A DNA stretch of 62,861 bases, counting the filler, from Chiloscyllium plagiosum (Eukaryota): the NCBI RefSeq assembly GCF_004010195.1. It is 4 parts of one record of this genome, joined end to end, with 100 filler letters (N's around TTAATTAATTAA, not from the genome) between each part and the next. Parts side by side here need not be neighbours in the genome. Positions count along the whole stretch, not along the records: positions 1 to 29,912 come from NC_057716.1; 3 more parts are not named here. One strand, written 5' to 3'. The translations under genes and the position numbers were made by a program. Below the pieces are notes generated by a model. The model had not been told where the DNA came from, did not search any database, and saw only the letters and a program-made list of their open reading frames with translations. Positions 11,566 through 22,373 of the stretch are shown here, piece after piece. How positions within the stretch are numbered: the stretch's first letter is position 1; each line of letters begins with the position of its first letter.

Positions 11566-11892
11566 TTGACTATTACTATGTGTTTGGATTCCAAGATTGA
11601 AACTGGACGTGTAGTTTATGAGCAGCAGTGTTTGCAGCACCGAGCCTTGTGGAGTTCCCTTACTACCTCCTGCCATTTGGAATAATTAGCATTTCCTCCC
11701 AATATCTCAGACCCTTCCTGCTAAGATTGACTGATTGATTGTTGTCACATGTACCGAGATACAGTGAAAAGTGTTGTTTTGCGTGCTATACAGATAGATC
11801 ATTACCATACAAGGTGAATCAGGACAGCAAACCGAGTGCAGAATACAATGTTAGCAGCAGGGGAAGGTGCAGAGGCAGAGAGATGCACCACC

Positions 11893-12228
11893 TTTAGAGG
11901 TTTATAAGATGATCCGAGGAATAGACAGAGTAGACAGTCAGAGACTTTTTCCCCGGGTGCAACAGAGTGTTACAAGGGGACATAAATTTAAGGTGAAGGG
12001 TGGAAGGTATAGGGGAGATGTCAGGGGTGGGTTCTTTACCCAGAGAGTGGTGGGGGCATGGAATGCGCTGCCTGTGGGAGTGGTAGAGTCAGAATCATTG
12101 GCGACCTTTAAGCGGCAATTGGATAGGTACATGGATGGGTGCTTAAGCTAGGACAAATGTTCGGCACAGCATCGTGGGCCGAAGGGCCTGTTCTGTGCTG
12201 TATTGTTCTATGTTCTATGTTCTATGTT
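11893..12228 (+). mobile_element. Young CR1 3' end
   Basis: EVYKMIRGIDRVDSQRLFP...FFTQRVVGAWNALP; (TTCTATG)n tail. Confidence 0.92.
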
Positions 12229-12506
12229 CAGACTTCTGTGTTACATTCCTGACCATTCTTCCTGCTCTGTCCAGCCTGTGGCACTGGGAATGATCTGAGT
12301 CACTGCCCTGGACTCCTGGCCCTCTGAACACATGATCTCTCTACCTACCCTATCAATGTCAAGGGCTCTGACACATGTCATAGTTTCCAGCTCACTACCT
12401 TAGCCCTCCAGAAATTCCACTCCCTCTCCATGTTATCCTGACTCCAAGGATAGAGTCCACCCCATGGTACTCATGATGACAGTTGTAGGAATTTCTTTAA
12501 CAATTG

Positions 12507-12636
12507 AGGAGAAAGTGAGGTCTGCAGATGCTGGAGATCAGAGCTGAAAATGTGTTGCTGGAAAAGCGCAGCAGGTCAGGCAGCATCCAGGGAACAGGAG
12601 AATCGACGTTTCGGGCATAAGCCCTTCTTCAGAAAT
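12507..12636 (-). mobile_element. Short Penelope terminal insertion headed by a hammerhead motif
   Basis: Family-A tail; the element stops just upstream of the ribozyme core. Confidence 0.88.
12601..12636 (-). ncRNA. Minimal hammerhead ribozyme motif (family A), intact core
   Basis: Minus strand CTGAAGA-A-GGGC-TTAT-GCCC-GAAA-C-GTC; all conserved core residues present. Confidence 0.8.
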
Positions 12637-13595
12637 CTTTGCTCTCCCCATTTCTCCCTGATCCCATTAATGTTCCTTTCCGTTGTCACTATGCCAACCA
12701 GTCTTCAATGCTGAGTAACTGCTTGAGATTGGCACATGTCTTGATGATGCCAACACCAATAATAGAGCCAAGGCCTACACTCATACTGGCACAGAGCCAA
12801 TACCAACCCGCATCGTTACATCACTGCTCCCACTAATACCGCTACAGATTCCAGGGCTGTCCTCACACACATCCAGAATAAAAAGCCCAGACAATAACGT
12901 TGAGGTGTGGTCCGGTGTCAGGAGCACTGACCAGGAGTCATTACCTCAAATTACTGTGTTCACGGATTTCTCAGGCAAGTTGTAGGAACCTGTCTTTAAA
13001 TTGTTTCGAACATTGAATGTTAAGGCAGTTTAGCTTTGTTTACATTTATCAGACAGGGTTCGCACAGATCTGCTACTCAATCTTTATTTGCAAATTGCTG
13101 TAATTAGCTTGGATTGACAAAGGCCATTAACTGATGTCTGTAAATCCCAAAGATCCTGCAGCTGTTGTATTGACATTCCAGATGAGTATTCATCCATTGA
13201 GAAGGAACTTCCCAATGGATTTCGGGAACCCAATGTAGGAACAGTCAGTCCATCGTGGCTGATCAAACACTCCAATACCTTTTCCTTTCCCTATTCCCAT
13301 CACCCTGTGCCCCACTAGTCACCAGAAACCAATCAATCTCGACCCGAAACAGACTCAAAGACTGAGCTTCCACAGCCCTCTGTGGGAGAGAATCCAAAGG
13401 TTCACAAAGCTTCTGAGTAAAAACATTTCTCCTAATCTCAGACCGAAGTGACATCCCTTTATAATTAAATGGTGCCTCCTGTTTCTAAACACCCCCAACC
13501 AGGGGAAACATCTTCCCTGCATCCCCTCATCCATACCTTGAGGTAGTTTGTAAGTTTTGATGAGATCACCTCTTGTTCTTCAAAACTCTGGAGAA

Positions 13596-13790
13596 TACAG
13601 AAACAAAAGCAGAAGTTGCTGGAAAAGCTCAGCAGGTCTGGGAGCATCTGTGGAGAGAAATCAGCGTTAATGTTTCAGGTCCAGTGACCCTTCTTCAGAA
13701 ACAGATTTCTCTTCACAGATGTTGCTCGACCTGCTGAGCTTTTCCAGCAATTTCTGCTTTTGTTTCAAATTCACAGCATCTGCAATTCTC
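13596..13790. mobile_element. Penelope family-B inverted tail pair (fold-back)
   Basis: AAACAAAAGCAGAAGTTGCTGGAAAAGCTCAGCAGGTC ... GACCTGCTGAGCTTTTCCAGCAATTTCTGCTTTTGTTT. Confidence 0.8.
13666..13700 (-). ncRNA. Minimal hammerhead motif (family B), slightly decayed
   Basis: Minus CTGAAGA-A-GGGTC-ACTG-GACCT-GAAA-C-ATT. Confidence 0.6.
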
Positions 13791-14829
13791 TGGAGAATCC
13801 AGGCTGAGATAGTTTGATCTCTCTCGATTGGACAGTCCCATTATCCCGGGAACAAGTCTGGGGAACCTTCATTATGCTCCCTGTCTGTGCTAATAATACT
13901 CCTTACCATTTGAGAAACACTCTTCCTATATTTCTCTGACCAAAGTGGATAACCCCATATTTTTCCACATTATATTCCATCTGCCATGTTCTGGTCCTCT
14001 CACTAAGACTGACTAATCCCCCTGAAACCACGTTACATCTTCCTTACATCACACATTCTTGCTGAGCTTTGTATCATCTGCAAATTTGGAAATCAGTCCC
14101 CACCTCCAAATCATTGACAGATATTGTGACCGACTGGAGCCCAACTCCTGATCCTGTGGTATCCCATAGTTCCCAGGCTGTCACCCTTGGAATAACCCAT
14201 TTATTCCCACTTTCTGTCTGTTATCCAATCATTAATCCATACCCTCACATTACCTCCTATCCAATCCACTTTAATGTTTCTGACCAGCCACCTTTGGTGA
14301 ACTTTATCAAAGGCCACATGACAATCCAAGTATACTGCATCCATCAATTCTATCTTCAAAGAACTCCAAACCCAGGTTCATCAAACCCAGGTTCCCATTT
14401 GCAGATCCATGCTGACCCTGCCCAATCAGATCATTATCATCCAATGTCTGTGTATCCCATCCTTTCCAATTGAATTCTAACATTTCCCCGATCCTGATGG
14501 AAGGCTGACAGGGCTGTAGTTCCCTATTTTCTCTCTCACTCCCTGTTTAAATACTGGGTGATACTTGCTACCTCCCAACCCACAGGAATCAGTCGAGAAT
14601 CGATGGAATTTTGGAAAATAATCTCCAATACATCGACAATCTCTGTAGCTGCCTCCTTTAACACGCTGGGATGTAGCGCCATCAGGTCCTGGGGATTGAT
14701 CAGCTTTCAGCCCCATTCATTTCTTCAGCTCTATCTTCTTACTAATACTCTTCGATTTCCTGAGTCACTTGGATCTATGGTCCTGGGAGATTTCTAAAAG
14801 CTTCCTGAGTGAAAACAGACACAATGTAA

Positions 14830-16420
14830 TAGAATCATAGAATGTTACAGTACAGGAGGAGGCCATTCGCCCCATTGTGTACTAGCTCCTGAAAGAGCTA
14901 TCCAGCCAGTCCCACTCTCCAGCCCTATCTCCGTAACCCTCTAACTTTATCCCTTTCAAACATATTCCCAGCTCTTTTCTGAACCCTCCTATGGAATTCC
15001 CCCCCCCCGGCCAGGCAGCGGGATATCTGGTCGGCATGGACGGGTTGGACCGAAGGGTCTGTTTCCGTGCTGTACATCTCTATGACTCTATGATTCTATG
15101 CATTCCAAATCCTAACAACGCTCTGAGGAAAGGAGTTTCTCCCCATCTCACTCTGAGCTCTCTCACTGACAATCTTAAAATTGTGACCCCTTGTTACTGA
15201 CATACCAACCAGTGGAAACAGAATATCCCTTTTACCCTGTCAATACTGTGCATCATTTTGAACACCTCAGTGAGGTCACCTCTTAACCTTCTCTGTTCCA
15301 AGGGGAATAAACCCAATCTCTCTGATCTTTCCCTGTATCTAAAATCCCTTATTCCTGCGATCATTCCAGGAAATCCCCTTTGAACTCTCTCCAGAGCTTT
15401 AACATCCTTCCTTAAATAAGGCGCCCAGATCTGAACACGATGTTCCAAGTGTGGCCTTTACCAATGACGTGTAGAGGTGGAGCATCACTTCCTTTCTTCT
15501 ATACTCTGTGCCACTATTTATAAACCCAAGGATCCGATAAGCTTTCTGAGCAACTGTTCCACCTTGCCCAGCCACCCTCAGAGGATCATGTTGTGGTTAT
15601 TACGGAGACATGGGTAGAACAGGGACAGGATTGGCTTTTGCCCTCAACACCCATCTCCAAATCATTTATATAAACCAGAAAAAACAAGGGTCTCAACCCT
15701 AATCCCTGGGGAACACCACTTTCAACTTGTCTCCAATTTGAGAAATACCCATTTTTTACCCACTGTTTCCTATCTTTTAGCCAACTTCTAATCTGTTCTG
15801 CCAAGGACCAATCAAACCAAAAATTTCTAATTTACTAACCAACCTGCTGTATGACACAGTATCAGTTGTTTTCTAAAAGTCCAAATATCCCACCTCGTCA
15901 GCATTGCCCTCAACCACTGCCTGGGTCCCCTCAACAAAAAACTCAAACAAATCTGTCAGACATGACCTGCCCTTGACAAAGCTATGCTGATTGTCTAGTA
16001 TTAATTTATTTCTCTCTAAGTTTACATTTACCTTATTGAGGCTTCCATCAGTTTCCCCAGTATTGATGTCCAGCTGACAGTTCTGTAGTTTCCTGGGTGA
16101 TCCTTTGTCCCTTTCCTTTGGCATTACATTTGGAATCTGCCAGTCCCCTGGGGCTAATCCTGTGTTCAGAAAGACCTGGGAAATTCCTGGCAATAGCTTG
16201 TGATTTGCTCCCTTAACTGCTTAGAAATCTGGAATGCATTCTATCCAGGCCTGGTGACTTCTCTATGTGCGTGCTGTCAGCCTTTTTAGCAGCTCATCTT
16301 TATCTACCACTAAACTGTTACCGACACACTACACTTACCAATACCTCTGCCATACTGTTTGCTTCAGTGAGTGGCTTACCGTGAGTGTCCCTTATGGGCC
16401 CCACTCTATCCCTCACTAAT
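14830..16420 (-). mobile_element. CR1 ORF2 (RT) and 3' end, degenerate, with a small + strand CR1 tail at ~15020-15095
   Basis: SGVPQGLGLRPLFFLVYINDL, QHSFVKGRSCLTDLFEFF and LERVQRGFPGMIAG motifs. Confidence 0.9.
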
Positions 16421-16434
16421 CTGTTACTTTTATG

Positions 16435-16630
16435 ATGTCGAGGAGCCGATGTTGGACTGGGGTGGACAAAGTTAAAAATCACACACACCAGGTTATAGTC
16501 CAACAGGTTTAATTGGAAGCACTAGCTTTCGGAGCGACGCTCCTTCATCAGGTGGTTGTGGAGGATAAGATCGTAGGACACAGAATTTATAGCAGAAGTT
16601 TACAGTGTGATGTAACTGAAATTATAGATT
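16435..16630 (-). mobile_element. Penelope family-C terminal fragment
   Basis: Tail ...CCTGTTGGACTATAACCTGGTG...CACCCCAGTCCAAC recurs at ~6165, ~17120, ~40925 and ~53710. Confidence 0.75.
16517..16557 (-). ncRNA. Minimal hammerhead ribozyme motif (family C), intact core
   Basis: Minus AACCAC-CTGATGA-A-GGAGC-GTC-GCTCC-GAAA-G-CTA-GTGCTT; stem I CAC/GTG; palindromic AGCT in stem III. Confidence 0.8.
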
Positions 16631-17214
16631 GGTATTTCTAATCTGTTTGATGAACAGTTTGCTATTTGTTTGAGCACAGCCTGTCATCCCTTTCACACAC
16701 GTCCTCTTCGCCTTCCTTATTCCAGCCTTAGCCTCTCTCCTGCATTTGAGATATGCTTCCTGATTTTTTAAAAATTCACTTGCGGGATGTTGGTGTCACT
16801 GGTTGGGCCCAGCACTTATTCCCCNNNNNNNNNNNNNNNNNNNNNNNNNNNNNNNNNNNNNNNNNNNNNNNNNNNNNNNNNNNNNNNNNNNNNNNNNNNN
16901 NNNNNNNNNNNNNNNNNNNNNNNNNNNNNNNNNNNNNNNNNNNNNNNNNNNNNNNNNNNNNNNNNNNNNNNNNNNNNNNNNNNNNNNNNNNNNNNNNNNN
17001 NNNNNNNNNNNNNNNNNNNNNNNNNNNNNNNNNCCTTGTCCTTCTAGATGGAAGTGGTCGTGGGTTTGAAAAGTTTTGAATTTCCTATTGCTGTTATGAT
17101 TCTGGTATTTTTTTAACTTAAAAATCAGACAACACCAGGTAATAGTCCAACAGCTTTATTTGGAAGCTTCAATATCCTTAGTGAGCTTGGGTACTCTAGC
17201 TTCGGATAGCTGAC

Positions 17215-17760
17215 GTGTATTTCTCAAGAGTATGTACCCAATCATTGAGCTTCTCTGCCTTGTCTCTATTCCCCATTATAAACTTTCCTGACAATGCCTC
17301 AAATGGACCCACATTCATTTTAGCCAATCATTTCCTTTTAGGGACGTTAAAATTAATTTCTAGTCACTTCTATATTTATTGCTTGATTTCATTCATGTTT
17401 ATTCTCTCTTTCCTTATCAGTTTCTTGCTCCTCCTTTGCGGCATTCCAAGAATTTCCCGAACCTCAGTTCGTCGGCTATTTCTGGTGACTTTATAGATCT
17501 TTTCCTGTAATCTCATACAAATGTGAACATCCCTCCTGTGGGTCCCAATTCCCTGACCTTGTTGGAAGTTTCTCCCCTTGAAGGAATGTATAGTTGCTGT
17601 GAATTGTGTCATAATCTCCAAAACTATCCCTTGCCCAGGTACACTCATGCATGTATTTTCCCAATCTACATCAGCCAATGTTTGCTCTTGTCTTCATAAC
17701 CTCCCCTTACTCACATTTACCAGTCTTGGTTCAGATTGTGATCCCTCCCTTTCGAATAAA
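17215..17760 (-). mobile_element. Old CR1 ORF2 fragment (region between endonuclease and RT)
   Basis: Decayed LADVDW..., KLIRKERI, NVGPFE motifs. Confidence 0.6.
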
Positions 17761-18009
17761 CTGCTGGAACCTCGTGAGGTGCCCAGTGTCCTCAAGCCCC
17801 ACTCGCAATTCTCTCCAGGGAGCGGGGAATAGTCCAACACAGAGGGCACTCGGTCTGACAGTCTCTGTAGGCCTCAGGATGTGTGGATTGAATGGGTATG
17901 TTGTGTCCTCACTGCCTCCTGTCCGTCTGTCTGTGCGGAGAGTGCCTGATGTCTCTGTGACTCAATTCCTGTTAGTCCCTGGGAAAGGCCCCCAACATCA
18001 CAGGTATCT

Positions 18010-18560
18010 GTCACAGTGCAGAATGAGGCCATTCAGCCCGTCGTGCCTGCACTGCTTCTGTAACCAGAACCAATCTCCTGCCATCCCCCCATCTCCTTGC
18101 ACACCATCTACTGCATCCTCTGAACACCTCAGTTAAAACGGCCTCCCCAACATTCCATCCAGACACTCAGTACGCACGGGGTGGACACGTTTCCTCTCAC
18201 ATCCCTCTTGCTTCATTTCCACATCACTTGCAATCTGTGCCCTCTCATTCCTAGTCCTTTTACAAGGAGGGAGTTTCTCCCTCTCTGCTCTATCCAGCCT
18301 TTCATGATGTTGAAATCCTCTCTCTGATCTCCCTCTCAGCCTCCTCTCCAAGGAGAACAGTCCCAACTCCTTCAATCTCTCCTCATCACGGAAGTTTCTC
18401 ATTCCTGGAACCATTATCTGCTGTCTGCCCTCTCTCCAAAGCATTCATATCTTTCCCATAATGTGAGGCCCACACCTGGACACCATTCTCCAGCTCAAGG
18501 CTAATAAGCGTTTTGTACAAGTTCAACATCGCTCTTGTACACTCTGTCCCTGTTAATGAT
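18010..18560 (-). mobile_element. CR1 3' end, degenerate
   Basis: MVPGMRNFRDEERLKELGLFSLERRLRG. Confidence 0.85.
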
Positions 18561-19982
18561 GTTCCTAGACAGCTCCAAAAATTGCCAACAAAGGGCGGGA
18601 AAATGCAATTCCATTAACTTCCCACCTCCACATTCTGCCTCTCTCATTATGACACTGCCTCAATGTTAATTTCCCACCCCCATATTAATGCTTTGCCTCA
18701 GTTTAATGACTTGTCAGGGCCAGGCCTGAGTAAACATGACATGAGCCTCCTGCCTTCCCTGCAAAGTCTTGTCAAGTCTTTCTGATTCACAGTCTCTGCC
18801 AGTTTCAATTTTTAAATGTGTTTGTCTGACCCACAGCAGGAAACTGGCTGTTAAAACAAGATAGTGCTTAATCCAGTTTCAGCATGAGGCTTTGAATCCT
18901 CATTCTGAGGTCAGGGCAGACTCGAGAGTTTACAAGCGACTGATGGTGTGATAACAGGCAGCATTAGTATTGGTGTTGTGTCTCTGTAATAAAACAGCAG
19001 CTCTTTTTAAACGTGTTAGTGGCAAATTAAGGTGACACATTGGCAAGGTCAGGGAATGGAAAAGATGCTAAAGTAATTCCCAGCACAGATTCGACTTATT
19101 AATAAGTAATATGTGATTGCTATTTAAGCAAGCTTGATTGGCCTCTAAGTAAATGGAAATGGCATAAAGAGTCTATTATGTATCATAAAGCTGAAGGCAT
19201 CAGGATGGTGTTGCTGATTTCCCATCAGCTCTGAGTGGGTTATTGGCTCCTTATTGTTACCCTGAGCCAAGCTAATCCCAGTCTCCCAAATACAGAATCA
19301 ATCCCATAACCTCCTCCCAGATAAAGGAGCCAACAGCAGTCGGGTCTGAATGATCACAGGCACTAGCTACCCCGTTATATGCAGAGGGAGATGGGGGTGT
19401 GGGATTCGAAACACAAACATATCAGCCACCATCTTACTGAACACGTTTGAAGGGCCAAATGGCCTGCTGCTCCTCATTCACATTGCACATAGGACAGTTT
19501 GTATGTTAGCCCAGTACACAGTGGAATTTGATCAGCACCGTGTCCTTCTAATGTCAGAAGGCTTATTCCTCACTGCGAGAGTTTCAGGAGCTGGCTGTGA
19601 TGAAGAGGTTGGTGCTGTTATCATACTGCAGTTCCCAGAGACAGAGTGCACTCCCACGGTGGGGCTGGGGCAATGTCTCAAAGGACAAAGAACAGTACAG
19701 TACAGGAACAGGCCCTTCGGCCCATCAAACCTGTGATGACAATCTAAAACCCTTTTGCCTCTCCACAGTCCGTATCCCTCCATTCCCCGCCTATTCATGT
19801 CTCTGTCAAGATGCCTCTTAAACATTGCTGCTGTATCCACCTCCACCCCCTCCTCTGGCAGCACGTTCCAGACACTCACCGCCCTCTGTGTAAAAATCCT
19901 GCCCCTCACATCTCCTTTAAACTGATCCCCTTTTACCTTAAACCTTTTACCCGAATAACTGACATGTCTACCCTGGGAAAAA

Positions 19983-20020
19983 GATTCCTGAAGAAGGGCT
20001 TATGCCCGAAACGTCAATTC
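19983..20020 (+). ncRNA. Minimal hammerhead ribozyme motif (family A), intact core
   Basis: CTGAAGA-A-GGGC-TTAT-GCCC-GAAA-C-GTC. Confidence 0.8.
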
Positions 20021-20110
20021 TCCTGTTCCCTGGATGCTGCCTGACCTGCTGCGCTTTTCCAGCAACACATTTCCAGCTCTGATCTCCAGCATCTGCAGAC
20101 CTCACTTTCT
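19986..20110 (+). mobile_element. ~125-nt hammerhead-headed Penelope terminal insertion with 14-bp target-site duplication
   Basis: CCTGGGAAAAAGAT at 19972-19985 and 20111-20124 flanks the insert. Confidence 0.9.
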
Positions 20111-20735
20111 CCTGGGAAAAAGATACCAACTATCAATTCTATCCAGGCCTCTCAAACTTCTATCGTCCTTTGATGTTCAAGTGCAAACAAACCAAGTATG
20201 TCCAATCTCTCCTCATAGCTAATATGCTCCGAACCAGGAAACATCCTGGTAAACCGTTTCCGTATCCTCTCCGGATTAACCTCCATCTGCCATTCCTCCG
20301 CCCAAGCCTCCAGCCTGTCTATATCCTGCTGTATCCTCTGATAATCCACCTCACTATCCACAGCTCCCTCAATCTTCATGTCATCCACAAACTTCCTCAT
20401 CAGGTCATCCACATCCCCCTCCAGACCATTCATACATGTCACAAACAACAGGCTCCCAGCGCCGATCCCTGTGGAACACCACTGGGCACGGATCCTGAGT
20501 CAGAAAACCTCCCTTCCACCCGCCACTCTCTGTGTGAGCCAGCCCTGCCTCCATCTTAGCAGCTCATTGAGGATCCCATGTGACATCACCGTCTATTTCA
20601 GCCTGTCATGAGGGACCTTGGCAAAGGCCTCATTGAAGTCCATGTCGACAACATCTACCACCCTGGCCTCATCAATCATCTTTGTCACTTTGTCAAAACA
20701 CTCAGTTTATGAGACACGACCTTCCCCGCACAAAG

Positions 20736-20866
20736 GCAGAAGTGGGGACTGCAGATGCTGGAGATTAGAGTCTAGATTAGAGTGATGCTGGAAAAGCACA
20801 GCAGGTCAGGCAGCGTCCGAGGAGCAGGAAAATCAACGTTTCGGGCAAAAGCCCTTCATCAGGAAT
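20736..20866 (-). mobile_element. Hammerhead-headed Penelope terminal insertion
   Basis: Family-A tail ending just beyond the ribozyme. Confidence 0.85.
20831..20866 (-). ncRNA. Minimal hammerhead ribozyme motif (family A), intact core with GUU triplet
   Basis: Minus ATTC-CTGATGA-A-GGGC-TTTT-GCCC-GAAA-C-GTT-GAT. Confidence 0.78.
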
Positions 20867-20999
20867 GAGATGATCAATTCCGAAATGGAAGTGATCACAA
20901 AACCTCACAATACAATAACCTCTTCCCAGCTCTCACTGTGTTCCAGAGAACAGATATTCCCTCAATCCCTCAATAAATATTCCCTCAATCCCTCAATGA

Positions 21000-21420
21000 A
21001 CAGGCTGGGGTTACTTTCCTTAGAGGAGGTTGAGAGGGGACATAATTGAGATGGATAATATAATGAGCAGCACAGGCAGGATAAACAGGAAGGAACCATT
21101 CCCCCAGACAGCAGAATCAATGTCCAGGGACAAAGATTAAAGGGAAGGGGCTGGAGGGTTAGGGGGATGTGAGGAAACCTTTTTCCCCCAGTGGGGAGGG
21201 GGATGTGGGTATCTGGAACTGACTGCCTCTGAGGGTGGGAGGTGGGAGAGGCAGGAACCCTTGCCACATTGAACGAGGATTTTGATGTCAAGAGATACAA
21301 GGCTTAGGGCTAAGTGCTCAAAATTGAGATTAGAATAGTGAGGTATTTGTTTTTAACTGGCGTAGACTTGATGGGCCGAAGGGCCTTTTACTGTGCTGTT
21401 GATCTCTGTGACCATATGAC
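21000..21420 (+). mobile_element. Degenerate CR1 3' end
   Basis: RLGLLSLE.RLRG.II-like sequence; GATGGGCCGAAGGGCCT 3' UTR motif. Confidence 0.75.
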
Positions 21421-21990
21421 AGCAGGAAAATTGCCAAAGAAATTAAAGCTAAAGACAGCGTGTGTGAAAGAATGTCACAACAAATCCAGGAAATTAGACG
21501 GCCAAATGTTTGACCATCATTGTGGACGTTGCAAAGTGACCCGAGAGGAATGAAACCTTCCTGGACAAGTGGGTAAAGGGAGGAAAGGGAATTCATGATG
21601 AAGTATGAAATGAAGGCAGGACAGAGGAAGGAGCTTTCTTATGAAATACAGGCAGTGGGTTGACTTTGGGTAAGAACCAGCAATGGGAGGGAAATGCCAG
21701 CGGGTTACTGATGGATGTTAATAACCTGGACAAGCAGAGCTCAGCTCTGAAACTCCACACAGCATATGGGAGAGCTGTGAACTGAGGGGGGAACACTAAC
21801 AGGAATGACAGGGATGGAAAGAGCTGGTGGAAACAGAACAAGAAACAGAAGCAATTTGATGAAGGGAAGTGTGAAATGCTGCACTTCGGAAAGGAATATA
21901 AACTGAAGACCATGGTATGAAAAGGGAGTGGGGTAGAGAGACCTGGGAAATGTATCTTCACAAATCAATGAATGACAGGCAAGATAATGG

Positions 21991-22183
21991 CTAAGCTGAA
22001 AATGTGTTGCTGGAAAAGCGCAGCAGGTCAGGCAGCATCCAAGGAGCAGGAGAATCGACGGTTCGGGCATGAGCCCTTATGTCGATTCTCCTGCTCCTTA
22101 GATGCTGCCTGACCTGCTGCGCTTTTCCAGCAACACATTTTCAGCTCTGATCTCCAGCATCTGCAGACCTCACTTTCTCCTCG
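21991..22183. mobile_element. Penelope family-A fold-back insertion with 10-bp target-site duplication
   Basis: Near-perfect inverted arms; AAGATAATGG at 21981-21990 and 22184-22193. Confidence 0.88.
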
Positions 22184-22373
22184 AAGATAATGGATAATAA
22201 AGAAAATCTTCAGCTTTCTTTAAGAAGAGCATAGGAGCAAGATAAACAATTCAGCCCTTCGCACCCACTGCAGATGCTGGAAGTCAGAAACACAAACAGA
22301 AAAGCTCAGCAGGTCTGGCAGCATCTGAGGAGAGAAATCAGAATTAACGTTTCAGGTTGAGTGACCCTCAGAA

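Larger units (their letters stand above)
13245..14780 (-). mobile_element. Degenerate CR1 ORF2 and 3' end, split by a Penelope inverted repeat at ~13596-13790
   Basis: GLKADQSPGPDG, GNYSPVSL and FTQ...LPQRAVEAQSL motifs. Confidence 0.85.
19680..20735 (-). mobile_element. CR1 RT and 3' end with a nested hammerhead-headed Penelope insertion
   Basis: KFVDDMKI...IQQDIDRLEAWAEEWQM and IFTQRAVSVWNVLPEE motifs. Confidence 0.9.
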
